From Dehalococcoidia bacterium (lineage in GTDB: Bacteria > Chloroflexota > Dehalococcoidia > Lucifugimonadales > UBA1123): DNA of 64,000 bases. Numbering within the stretch: the first letter of the stretch is position 1; every line of letters starts with the position of its first letter. A program made the position numbers and the translations under genes. The notes below the pieces were generated by a model. That model was not told the origin of the DNA. It made no database searches and was given only the letters and a program-made list of their open reading frames with translations. The stretch lies in the NCBI GenBank assembly GCA_963664365.1, contig OY761144.1:3243621-3307620 (forward strand), in the 5' to 3' direction. This document shows positions 8,766 through 16,167 of the stretch, piece after piece.

Positions 8766-9004
8766 GGTTTGAATGCAATCCTACCACCGCGATACCGCCC
8801 AAGCAATCGAAAGACCCCGGTTGAGCAGGGCAATCGCATTTCACTCAATGCCAGCTTTGGCAAAGCCTCCCAACTTCCCCTCTGGACTCCGGCCTCCGCC
8901 GGAGTGACGATGGACGATGCGCCTTCCAAGTCTAAATGCGATTGCCCTACCCGGTTGAGGTGGTATGCTTGCTATTGTCCACCAACCAACTCGGAGGTAA
9001 GACC

Positions 9005-10066
9005 ATGGACAAAGTGCGATTGGCGATCGTGGGATGCGGGTCTATCGCGCCGTTGAGCGCGCCCGGATACCTTAAGCACGATAAGTGCGAAGTGACGGCG
9101 CTGTGCGACCCGTTGGCTGAAAGGGCCGAGCAGAGAGCGAGGGAGTGGGGGATAGAGCCGCGCATCCACACGAGCTACGAGGACGTGCTGAACGATTCGA
9201 ACGTGGACGCGGTGGAGTTGCTGACGCCAACGTTTCTTCATGCCGAGCAGGTCGTCGCTGGCCTTGAGGCGGGCAAGCACGTGTCGTGCCAAAAACCGGC
9301 GGCGGTCAACGTGGGGGAGATGAGGGAGATAGCCACGGCGGCTGGGCGGGCGGACACGTACTACAGGACGACTGAGAATTTCTTGTATTACCCTCCTATC
9401 GTCAAGGCGCGGGAACTGATACGGGACGGGGCGGTGGGTGAGGTGTCGATGGTGCGAATACGTACGCTGAATGGGAGCGTGGAGGGCATTCACTTGCCAG
9501 TGATGGAGGGAGCTATGACGTGGCGACAGGACTCGTCGCGCAACCCGGGAGGGGCGCTTTATGACGACGGGTGGCACAAGGTCTCGACGGCGATCTGGTG
9601 GGGCGGTGAAGTGGAGCGGGTGTCGGCTCTGGTTACGAAGAGGCAGGACTTCCTGAACGAGTTTCCGAGCGTCGCGACGTGGAAGTACGCGGGCGCCGAC
9701 CGCCTGGGGGTGATCGAGTACGCGCGGGCTGAAGAGATGCCGATGAGGACCCGCCACTACCCGGCGGACGAGTTCATGGAGGTGATCGGCTCCAAGGGTG
9801 TGTTGTGGGTGACGCGATGCACGGGCGAGATGCTGGACTTGCCTCCGGTGGTTCTGCACCTGGGGGACAAGAGTGTGTCTTACCAGGTTCCTATGGACTG
9901 GATAGATGGGTTCAACGGCGCCGCGGCGGACTTCGTGGACGGCATCCTGGAGGACCGCCAGCCGATGATGGACGCTCGGTTTTCGGAGGAGGCGCTGCGG
10001 ACGATACTGGCGATGTACCGCTCGTCCGAGTCGGGCCTGTGGGTAACGCCGGCAGAGGTGGGGTGA
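9005..10066 (+). CDS. Gfo/Idh/MocA family oxidoreductase
   Basis: ATG 9005 is preceded by ggagg (8992-8996). MDKVRLAIVGCGSIAP.. is the Rossmann N-terminus and EKP-like ..VSCQKPAA.. is present. The ORF-track start at 8936 adds an unlikely 23-aa extension. Confidence 0.85.
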   Translation: MDKVRLAIVGCGSIAPLSAPGYLKHDKCEVTALCDPLAERAEQRAREWGIEPRIHTSYEDVLNDSNVDAVELLTPTFLHAEQVVAGLEAGKHVSCQKPAAVNVGEMREIATAAGRADTYYRTTENFLYYPPIVKARELIRDGAVGEVSMVRIRTLNGSVEGIHLPVMEGAMTWRQDSSRNPGGALYDDGWHKVSTAIWWGGEVERVSALVTKRQDFLNEFPSVATWKYAGADRLGVIEYARAEEMPMRTRHYPADEFMEVIGSKGVLWVTRCTGEMLDLPPVVLHLGDKSVSYQVPMDWIDGFNGAAADFVDGILEDRQPMMDARFSEEALRTILAMYRSSESGLWVTPAEVG

Positions 10067-10072
10067 GACGAT

Positions 10073-10285
10073 TCAGCGCTGACGGGCCGCGGAGGCCGGC
10101 GCAGGTTCCGCTGAGCGCCCCTCGTCCGAGTCTCCGACAGACCCGCTAGAGGATGAACGCGCGTAACTTTGGTAACGCTCGATTTCGGCGTCCGGATTCT
10201 TGACCGACCGCCACTCGCCCCGCTCGAACGAAGCTTCAAGCTCCCGCTCTTCCTCGTCAAGCTCGATCTTGTCAAAGTCAATCAT
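10073..10285 (-). pseudogene. Remnant of an RHH/CopG-type antitoxin (N-terminal part only)
   Basis: MIDFDKIELDEEERELEASFERGEWRSVKNPDAEIERYQSYAR resembles the N-terminal half of small antitoxins (..EEE.E.L.S.ERGEW.SV.N...E..RY..YA..). The expected C-terminal ribbon-helix-helix part is replaced by low-complexity SSSSGSVGDSDEG... The assignment is from memory. Confidence 0.35.
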
Positions 10286-10331
10286 CACTGCCACCTGCAA
10301 TTGGAACCGGGCACAGCGTCATTATACTGAA

Positions 10332-10368
10332 GAGCCTGTGTCAGTTTGGTAGGTGAAGGTATCACCCC
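10332..10368 (-). repeat. Partial copy (right flank type B only) of the mosaic hairpin repeat family
   Basis: The reverse complement reads ggggtgataccttcacctaccaaactgacacaggctc. Compare gggtgataccttcaccgaccaaactgacacagactc at 30731-30767. The core hairpin is absent here. Confidence 0.7.
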
Positions 10369-10373
10369 ACTTG

Positions 10374-10437
10374 CCCCGCTCCACCCCGCTGGAATGCCGA
10401 GCGGCGCGCCGCTGCGCGGGTTCCGGCCCCTTATCGG
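10374..10437 (+). repeat. 64-bp direct repeat, copy 1 (palindromic core agcggcgcgccgct)
   Basis: ccccgctccaccccgctggaatgccgagcggcgcgccgctgcgcgggttccggccccttatcggg recurs at 10539-10603 with about 3 mismatches. Confidence 0.9.
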
Positions 10438-10493
10438 GTACGGGGCAAGCTCCCGTATCGGGGTACGGGACATGCCTTCGCCGAAATGGCGGT

Positions 10494-10529
10494 GGTGTCT
10501 GAACTGTGACTTTTGTGATTATGGTGATT
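10494..10529 (+). repeat. About 35-bp direct repeat, copy A (partner at 11126-11160)
   Basis: ggtgtctgaactgtgacttttgtgattatggtgatt vs ggtgtctgaactgtgatctttatgcttatgggatt. The two copies bracket the iteron-like 9-mers and the primase fragment. Confidence 0.75.
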
Positions 10530-10538
10530 AGTGTGATG

Positions 10539-10603
10539 CCCCGCTCCACCCCGCTGGAATGCCGAGCGGCGAGCCGCTGCGCGGGTTCCGGCCCCTTATT
10601 GGG
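10539..10603 (+). repeat. 64-bp direct repeat, copy 2
   Basis: ccccgctccaccccgctggaatgccgagcggcgagccgctgcgcgggttccggccccttattgggg, 165 bp downstream of copy 1. Confidence 0.9.
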
Positions 10604-10688
10604 GAGGGGGTTGAGTCGGGTTGTATCAAGTTTATTGACTCGTATGTTGTTAGGGGTGGAAAAAGTTTTTTGAAATACCTGCACCTTC

Positions 10689-10795
10689 TGCACCCTCTGC
10701 ACCCGTCAAAGCTGAGAGAGGATCGGTCCAGCTTTGGGAGACGGGGCATTTTGGGGAAATCATTTCTGCTCCCTATCTGCACCTTCTGCACCCGT
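10689..10795 (+). repeat. Iteron-like 9-mer clusters (ctgcaccNN x3 at 10689-10716; x2 at 10777-10795)
   Basis: ctgcaccttctgcaccctctgcacccgt and ctgcaccttctgcacccgt were read directly. The second cluster overlaps the 3' end of the primase-fragment ORF. Confidence 0.7.
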
Positions 10796-11047
10796 TTGTG
10801 GTGTCTCGGGGATTAGCCGGATGCCCTTGAACAGGCGGCGTCCGTGAGAGTTATGCGTTTTTACTCTGAAGATGTCCCAGACGGAGGTGTAGAGTCGGTG
10901 GGCGCTGACTGGGTTGTGGCGGTTGGCCGCGCACCAGTCTTTGTATGCGGCGTAGAGGTCGGCGCGGTTGAGGAGGCCGGACAGTTCTTCGGGCGTGGTG
11001 AGCTTGTCGAATTCGGAGATGAGGCTTTTGATTTCCGGGTCGAGCAT
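10760..11047 (-). pseudogene. C-terminal fragment of a phage/plasmid (P4/D5-family) primase-helicase
   Basis: From ATG 11047: ..DLYAAYKDWCAANRHNPVSAHRLYTSVWDIFRVKTHNSHGRRLFKGIRL fits the remembered primase C-terminal pattern (LY..Yk.WC...g..p.s...f...l.....k....g.r.y.GirL). No helicase or primase domain lies upstream. The N-terminal 86 codons of ORF 10760..11305 look non-coding. Confidence 0.45.
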
Positions 11048-11125
11048 GGTCTTATCACCTTTGGGTTGGGTATCAGGGAACCGATATGTTCTATGATATT
11101 GGGGAACGGCGGTTCGTGTCAAGGG

Positions 11126-11160
11126 GGTGTCTGAACTGTGATCTTTATGCTTATGGGATT
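11126..11160 (+). repeat. About 35-bp direct repeat, copy B
   Basis: See 10494-10529. Confidence 0.75.
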
Positions 11161-11230
11161 TCGATGATTGGGGGCTCCTATACTGTATGATGGCTTGAAA
11201 ACATGTATCCTTGCGGATACAATACTCATA

Positions 11231-11297
11231 GTGAAATATGAAGTTGTCAAGAGCGCCACGTTCCTCAACTGGTTGAGGGGATTGCGCGGGAGTCAAC
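11231..11297 (+). pseudogene. Remnant of the cognate killer toxin (Gp49/HigB-RelE-like, TIGR02683-type), first ~19 codons only
   Basis: GTG 11231: VKYEVVKSATFLNWLRGLR resembles toxin N-termini of the type MIEV..T..F..WL..LRD. The frame then runs into unrelated sequence and stops at 11327-11329, inside the antitoxin gene. About 80 codons of a normal toxin are missing. Confidence 0.4.
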
Positions 11298-11591
11298 ATG
11301 AGCATAGAGACCTATACCCCATGGGATAGCGCCGAACTTCTCACCGATGACGAAATGATCATCGAATACCTCAAGGCGGCTCTCGAAGAAAACGATCCAT
11401 CCTACTTCACCAAAGCTGTCGGAAACGTTGCGCGGGCCAAAGGCATGACATCAATCGCCCAGGAATCCCAATTGGGCCGTCCAAGCCTCTACAAGGCGTT
11501 GTCCGGTGAGCGAGACCCCCGAATTGGCACCGTGATGAAAGTTCTCGAAGCGATTGGCGTCCAACTCACAGTCGAATTGAAGGTGGCCTGA
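11298..11591 (+). CDS. Addiction-module antidote protein, HigA family (HTH antitoxin, TIGR02684-type)
   Basis: PWDSAELLTDDEMIIEYLKAALEENDPSYFTKAVGNVARAKGMTSIAQESQLGRPSLYKALSGERDPRIGTVMKVLEAIGVQL matches the remembered family pattern along its full length. Confidence 0.75.
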   Translation: MSIETYTPWDSAELLTDDEMIIEYLKAALEENDPSYFTKAVGNVARAKGMTSIAQESQLGRPSLYKALSGERDPRIGTVMKVLEAIGVQLTVELKVA

Positions 11592-11634
11592 CATCCCCGA
11601 TACGGGAATCGCTGCCATTGCGGAAAGGAACCAA

Positions 11635-12411
11635 ATGCCCAACTTCGCTGCCAACCTGACAATGCTCTTCAACGAGGTGGACTTCCTCGACAGGTTCGCC
11701 GCCGCCGCTTCAGCCGGTTTCAAGGGCGTCGAGTACGTATCCCCTTACGAATACGATAAGGGCCAACTTGCCGAACTGCTTCAGAAGCACGATCTGACCC
11801 AGGCGCTTCACAACATGCCCGTCGGAGACTGGGACGCCGGAGACCGCGGCATCGCCTGCGACCCCAACAGGGTCGGCGAGTTCCAGGACAGCGTCGGCCT
11901 GACGATAGAGTACGCGACCGCGCTCGGATGCGAGCAGGTCAACTGCCTCGCCGGAATCCTGCCACGCGACGTTTCGAGCCGACAGGCCCACGAGACCCTC
12001 GTGGACAACCTGAGGTTCGCCGCCCCGGAGATGCAGAAGGCCGGAGTGCGACTCCTCATCGAGCCGATCAACACGATAGATATTCCCGGCTTCGTCCTGA
12101 ACAGGACCCACGAGGCGCGGTCTATCATCGGAGAGGTCGGCTCCGGCAACCTCTACCTCCAGCACGACATCTACCACATGCAGATAATGGAAGGCGACCT
12201 CGCCCGGACGATCGAGGCCAACCTGGACATCATCAGCCACCTGCAGATCGCCGACAACCCCGGGCGCAACGAGCCGGGAACCGGCGAGATAAATTACCCC
12301 TACCTCTTCGAGGTGATCGACTCAAGTGGCTACGATGGCTGGGTAGGCTGCGAATACCGACCCCTCACAACCACCGATGGGGGACTGGGCTGGATTAGGA
12401 AGTATCTCTAG
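11635..12411 (+). CDS. hyi: Hydroxypyruvate isomerase family (Hyi/OtnI-like TIM-barrel)
   Basis: Collinear with E. coli Hyi as I remember it: FAANLTMLFNEVDFLDRF..GFKGVEY..HNMPVGDWDAGDRGIAC.P..LLIEPIN..DIPGF..YDIYHMQIMEGDL..HLQIADNPGRNEPGTGEINY.YLF..GWVGCEY.P. Confidence 0.85.
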   Translation: MPNFAANLTMLFNEVDFLDRFAAAASAGFKGVEYVSPYEYDKGQLAELLQKHDLTQALHNMPVGDWDAGDRGIACDPNRVGEFQDSVGLTIEYATALGCEQVNCLAGILPRDVSSRQAHETLVDNLRFAAPEMQKAGVRLLIEPINTIDIPGFVLNRTHEARSIIGEVGSGNLYLQHDIYHMQIMEGDLARTIEANLDIISHLQIADNPGRNEPGTGEINYPYLFEVIDSSGYDGWVGCEYRPLTTTDGGLGWIRKYL

Positions 12412-12424
12412 AGGGAGCGCGAAT

Positions 12425-14803
12425 ATGACAACGGCGGCGTCCACGGACGCAGACACCTTCATCGACCGCGACGACATTCTGGAGCAGATCCAGGACCGCG
12501 TCCTCTGGCTGTCGATGAACATGGTCCACCACGCCAACAACGTCCGCCCGAGTCCGGACGGCGCGAAGGTCGGCGGACACCAGGCGTCCAGCGCCTCCGT
12601 CGCCACACTGATGACCTCCCTGTACTTCGACTTCATGCGCGCCGGCGACCGCATTTCGGTCAAGCCGCACGCCGCGCCGGTCTATCACGCCATCCAATAC
12701 CTCCTCGACAACCTCGACCCGGCGTACCTTGCCATGCTGCGAGAGTACCACGGCCTGCAGGCGTACCCCAGCCGCACCAAAGACCCCGACGACGTGGACT
12801 TCTCCACAGGCTCCGTCGGACTTGGCCCCGTCGCGCCCAACTTCGCCGCCCTCGTGGACAAGTACAACAAGGCGCACCTGTTCACCCACTCGCGGGTCGA
12901 TCACCGCTACATAGCCATAGTCGGCGACGCTGAGCTAGACGAAGGCTCGGTATGGGAAGCCATCGCCGAGCCTGAGATGCAGGGCCTCGGAAACGTCCTG
13001 TGGGTCGTCGATCTCAACAGGCAGAGCCTCGACCGCGTCATACCCGGCATCCGCGTCCGAGCGTGGCGCGAGATGTTCTACGCCAACGGCTGGAACGTGA
13101 TCGACGCCAAGTACGGCAAGAAACTTCAGGCGAAGTTCTCCGAACCCAACGGCGAACTGCTGCGCATCGCCATAGACGAGATGTCCAACGAGGTGTACCA
13201 GCGGCTGCTGAGAGTCCCCCCGGCGCAGCTGCGCGACTGGCTGCCCAGGTCGTCGCGCTATCCCAGGGACATGGCCCGCCTCATCGGGCGATGGTCCGAC
13301 GACGACCTCCAGGAAGCGTTCCGAAACCTCGGCGGCCACGATTTCGCCGAACTCCGCGCCGCATTCTCGCAGGTTGACTTCGACTCCGGCCCCAACGTCG
13401 TGTTCGCATACACCCTCAAGGGCTGGCGTCTTCCCTCCATAGGCGACCCGCAAAACCACTCGGTCGTGCTGAACGCGCGCCAGATGGAGCAGTTGCGCGA
13501 AGAACTCAACGTACCGCGCGGCGGCGAATGGGACAAACTCCCGCCCAACACCCCCGCCGGCCGCGTATGCGCCGACATCAGCCGTATGCTCGGAATCGGG
13601 CGCAAGCCAAGGTTCGACGTGCCCGAAGTGCGTATCCCCGCCGAGTTCGGACAGAGATACACCGGCAGCATGGCCACCCAGCAGACCTTCGGACTGATCA
13701 TGACCGCCATATCCCGCGAACTGCCCGAGGTGACCGACCGAATGGTCACCGTCAGCCCCGACGTGGCGAGCTCGACCAACCTCGGCGGATGGATCAACAA
13801 GGTCGGCGTCTGGGGAGACCAGCAGGAGCCGCTGCCGGAGGAGTCCATAACCAGGGCGCTCAGGTGGGAAGTTCACGCGCGCGGGCAGCACATAGCGCTC
13901 GGCATATCCGAAAACAACCTGTTCATGATGCTGGGACAGCTTGGGACGTCGTTCGAAGACAACGGCGAGATGCTCTTTCCCATCGGCACCCTCTACGACC
14001 CCTTCATCAGGCGCGGACTGGACGCCTTCGTGTACAGCGTCTATTCGGGAGGCAAGTTCATCGTCGTCGGCACGCCTTCCGGCCTGTCCCTATCGCCCGA
14101 GGGCGGCGCGCACCAGTCGCAGATAACCCCGTCCATCGGCGCCGAAATATCAGAACTCGACTTCTACGAGCCGTGCTTCGGCCAGGAGCTAGAATGGATA
14201 ATGCTCTCCGCTCTGGAGCAGATCAGGCGCAGGCGCAGGTCAACGTATCTCAGGCTGACGAGCAAGCGCGTTGACCAGGGACTGTTCAAGGTCCCGCAAG
14301 ACTCCGCGGAGAGGAGCCGTCTCAGGCAGCAGGTCATCAATGGCGCGTACCGGCTGGTGGACAGAAGCTCCGAACGCGGATACGACCCGGACGCCAACGT
14401 TACCCACATCCTGGCCAGCGGGGCGATGATCCCCGAGGCGGTGGCCGCCAGCAACGCGCTCCACGATGAGGGGCTTTTCGCCAACGTGGTCAACGTCACC
14501 GGGCCCGGACCGCTCTACCGGTCGTTCCAGAAGTCGGTTTACGACGCCATGGACGGCGCGGGAGCGCTGGACGAATTCATGTCGGACTCGATCGCGCCGC
14601 ACTCCCGACACTCGCCGATGGTGACCGTCGTGGACGGTCACCCGCACTCGCTCGCCTGGATAGGCAGCGCGCTCAAGGCCGCGGTGATACCGGTCGGAGT
14701 GACGGAGTTCGGGCAGTCCGGCTCGAGGGACGACCTGTACCGCGAGCACCGCATAGACGTAGATAGCATAATGGCGGCCTGCTACGCCGCCCTCGGAAAC
14801 TGA
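12425..14803 (+). CDS. AceE-like homodimeric 2-oxoacid dehydrogenase E1 / transketolase-superfamily TPP enzyme
   Basis: ATG 12425 lies 14 nt after the hyi stop. LWLSMNMVHHANN....GGHQASSASVATLMTSLYFDFMRA parallels the AceE motif (..NAMAMV..AN...GGH.AS..S.AT.....F.FFRA). Length is 793 aa. There are no E2 or E3 genes nearby. Confidence 0.65.
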   Translation: MTTAASTDADTFIDRDDILEQIQDRVLWLSMNMVHHANNVRPSPDGAKVGGHQASSASVATLMTSLYFDFMRAGDRISVKPHAAPVYHAIQYLLDNLDPAYLAMLREYHGLQAYPSRTKDPDDVDFSTGSVGLGPVAPNFAALVDKYNKAHLFTHSRVDHRYIAIVGDAELDEGSVWEAIAEPEMQGLGNVLWVVDLNRQSLDRVIPGIRVRAWREMFYANGWNVIDAKYGKKLQAKFSEPNGELLRIAIDEMSNEVYQRLLRVPPAQLRDWLPRSSRYPRDMARLIGRWSDDDLQEAFRNLGGHDFAELRAAFSQVDFDSGPNVVFAYTLKGWRLPSIGDPQNHSVVLNARQMEQLREELNVPRGGEWDKLPPNTPAGRVCADISRMLGIGRKPRFDVPEVRIPAEFGQRYTGSMATQQTFGLIMTAISRELPEVTDRMVTVSPDVASSTNLGGWINKVGVWGDQQEPLPEESITRALRWEVHARGQHIALGISENNLFMMLGQLGTSFEDNGEMLFPIGTLYDPFIRRGLDAFVYSVYSGGKFIVVGTPSGLSLSPEGGAHQSQITPSIGAEISELDFYEPCFGQELEWIMLSALEQIRRRRRSTYLRLTSKRVDQGLFKVPQDSAERSRLRQQVINGAYRLVDRSSERGYDPDANVTHILASGAMIPEAVAASNALHDEGLFANVVNVTGPGPLYRSFQKSVYDAMDGAGALDEFMSDSIAPHSRHSPMVTVVDGHPHSLAWIGSALKAAVIPVGVTEFGQSGSRDDLYREHRIDVDSIMAACYAALGN

Positions 14804-14817
14804 TCAGGAGGCCCCAA

Positions 14818-15255
14818 TTGCCAAAGATACTCGTGCTGCACGGACTCGGAATGAACATGCGCGGCAAGGTCCAGACCGACATATTCGGCATCCAGACCCT
14901 AGACCAATACGACGAGCGGATCAGGGGCTATGCCGACGAGCTTGGCGTGGAAGTAGAAATCTTCCACTCCAACGTCGAGGGCGAGGTGATAAACAAGCTC
15001 TACGACGCCCACGAGTCCGGCGACGTGGACGCCGCCCTCTTCAACCCAGCCGCGTACTCTTCCGGCTATCCCGGCATCGTCGCCGCCATCGCCCAGGTGG
15101 ACTTTCCCGTGTACGAGATACACATCTCAAACCCCGCGGCGCGCGGCGGAGAGTCGCAGGTCGCGGGCGTGTGCAAAGGCGTGATCACGGGCTTCGGACT
15201 CACCGGCTACTACCTCGGCCTCAAAGGCGCCCTCGACTCCCTCAACAACAGCTAG
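14818..15255 (+). CDS. Type II 3-dehydroquinate dehydratase-fold protein (AroQ-like, probably non-canonical)
   Basis: TTG start. The overall AroQ pattern is present (ILVLHG.., FHSNVEGE, FNPAAY, EIHISN). By-eye alignment shows that several residues I recall as catalytic are substituted (see finding). Confidence 0.6.
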   Translation: MPKILVLHGLGMNMRGKVQTDIFGIQTLDQYDERIRGYADELGVEVEIFHSNVEGEVINKLYDAHESGDVDAALFNPAAYSSGYPGIVAAIAQVDFPVYEIHISNPAARGGESQVAGVCKGVITGFGLTGYYLGLKGALDSLNNS

Positions 15256-15364
15256 AGCCGCTTCAACTCAGTTTTGATGATCCACATAGCGAGCGGATTA
15301 GCTGTGCGTTTCTGATGGCAAGTGTGAGATGCGTTTTCAAGACCACGGACAAATGAGTGAGCGG

Positions 15365-16015
15365 ATGTATGTCTTTCTGGACGAATCGGGTAACTTGGAC
15401 TTCAGTACCAAGGGAACCCGATATTTTGTGCTGACCAGCGTGATCATGAAGCGGCCCTTCCAGATGAACGACGCACTAGACAGCTACAAGTATGACTGTA
15501 TCGAGTACGGTTTGGAGCAAGAACGCTTCCACTGCGCAGAAGATAATCCACATGTGCGTGGCAGGGTGTTCGAAGTCATCAGCAATCGCCTCGACGGTGT
15601 GGACATCGACAGCATGGTTGTGGAGAAGCGCAAGACAGGTCCGGCCCTGACGGCTGAGATACGCTTCTACCCGGAGATGCTTGGCCGCCTGCTCAAGCAC
15701 GTGTTCACTCGATCGTCGTTTGCGGCAGCCGATGAGGTGATCATCATTACGGATACCATTCCCGTGAAAAAGCGGCGACAGGCCATCGAAAAGGCAATCA
15801 AGCTCACCCTGGCAGATATGCTGCCTGAAGGATCCCGTCATCGCATACTGCACCACGACTCCCGCTCCCACTACGGCTTGCAGGTCGCGGACTACTGTTG
15901 CTGGGCAATCTTTCGGAAGCGCGAGAAGGGGAACAACTCATACTTTGACCACATCAAACCGGCGGTGCGCAGCGAATTCGATATCTTCAGACTCGGCACG
16001 AGGTGCTACTATTGA
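15365..16015 (+). CDS. DUF3800-family protein
   Basis: MYVFLDESGN (the DUF3800 N-terminal hallmark as I recall it) and C-terminal ..GLQVADYCCWAIFRK... The start may be 15353 or 15329. The gene is an AT-richer islet between aroQ-like and the glycan genes. Confidence 0.65.
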   Translation: MYVFLDESGNLDFSTKGTRYFVLTSVIMKRPFQMNDALDSYKYDCIEYGLEQERFHCAEDNPHVRGRVFEVISNRLDGVDIDSMVVEKRKTGPALTAEIRFYPEMLGRLLKHVFTRSSFAAADEVIIITDTIPVKKRRQAIEKAIKLTLADMLPEGSRHRILHHDSRSHYGLQVADYCCWAIFRKREKGNNSYFDHIKPAVRSEFDIFRLGTRCYY

Positions 16016-16167
16016 TGCTAGTCAGCAAAAAACGACCCCCCCGACTACTCCGTCGCCGGAGAGAGCCCCTTGGGCTCTTGTCATCAGGGGGGAACCTTTG
16101 GAAGCAATGATAACGCCTGATTGAGTGAACGTCAAGATTCTCTGACTTTGAGGTCCCCGCTCCCTTG

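Noticed and set aside
8870-8915. The hairpin ctccggc-ctcc-gccggag (translated ..WTPASAGVTM..), which resembles widespread REP-type elements.
   Set aside because: I found only a single copy in this window, so I cannot support a repeat-family claim from the sequence available.
10374-10603. A possible CRISPR array.
   Set aside because: There are only two repeat copies, the repeats are 64 bp long (too long), no further units exist, and no cas genes are in the window.
10322-10791. ORFs 10322-10702, 10346-10531, 10528-10791 and 10559-10816.
   Set aside because: They are built from the 64-bp direct repeats and iteron-like 9-mers, so the same peptide strings recur because the DNA recurs. There are no start signals or motifs.
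10760-11305. The full 181-aa ORF as a gene.
   Set aside because: Only the last 95 codons (from ATG 11047) show primase-C-terminal-like sequence. The upstream 86 codons cross a repeat copy and an AT-rich intergenic-looking stretch.
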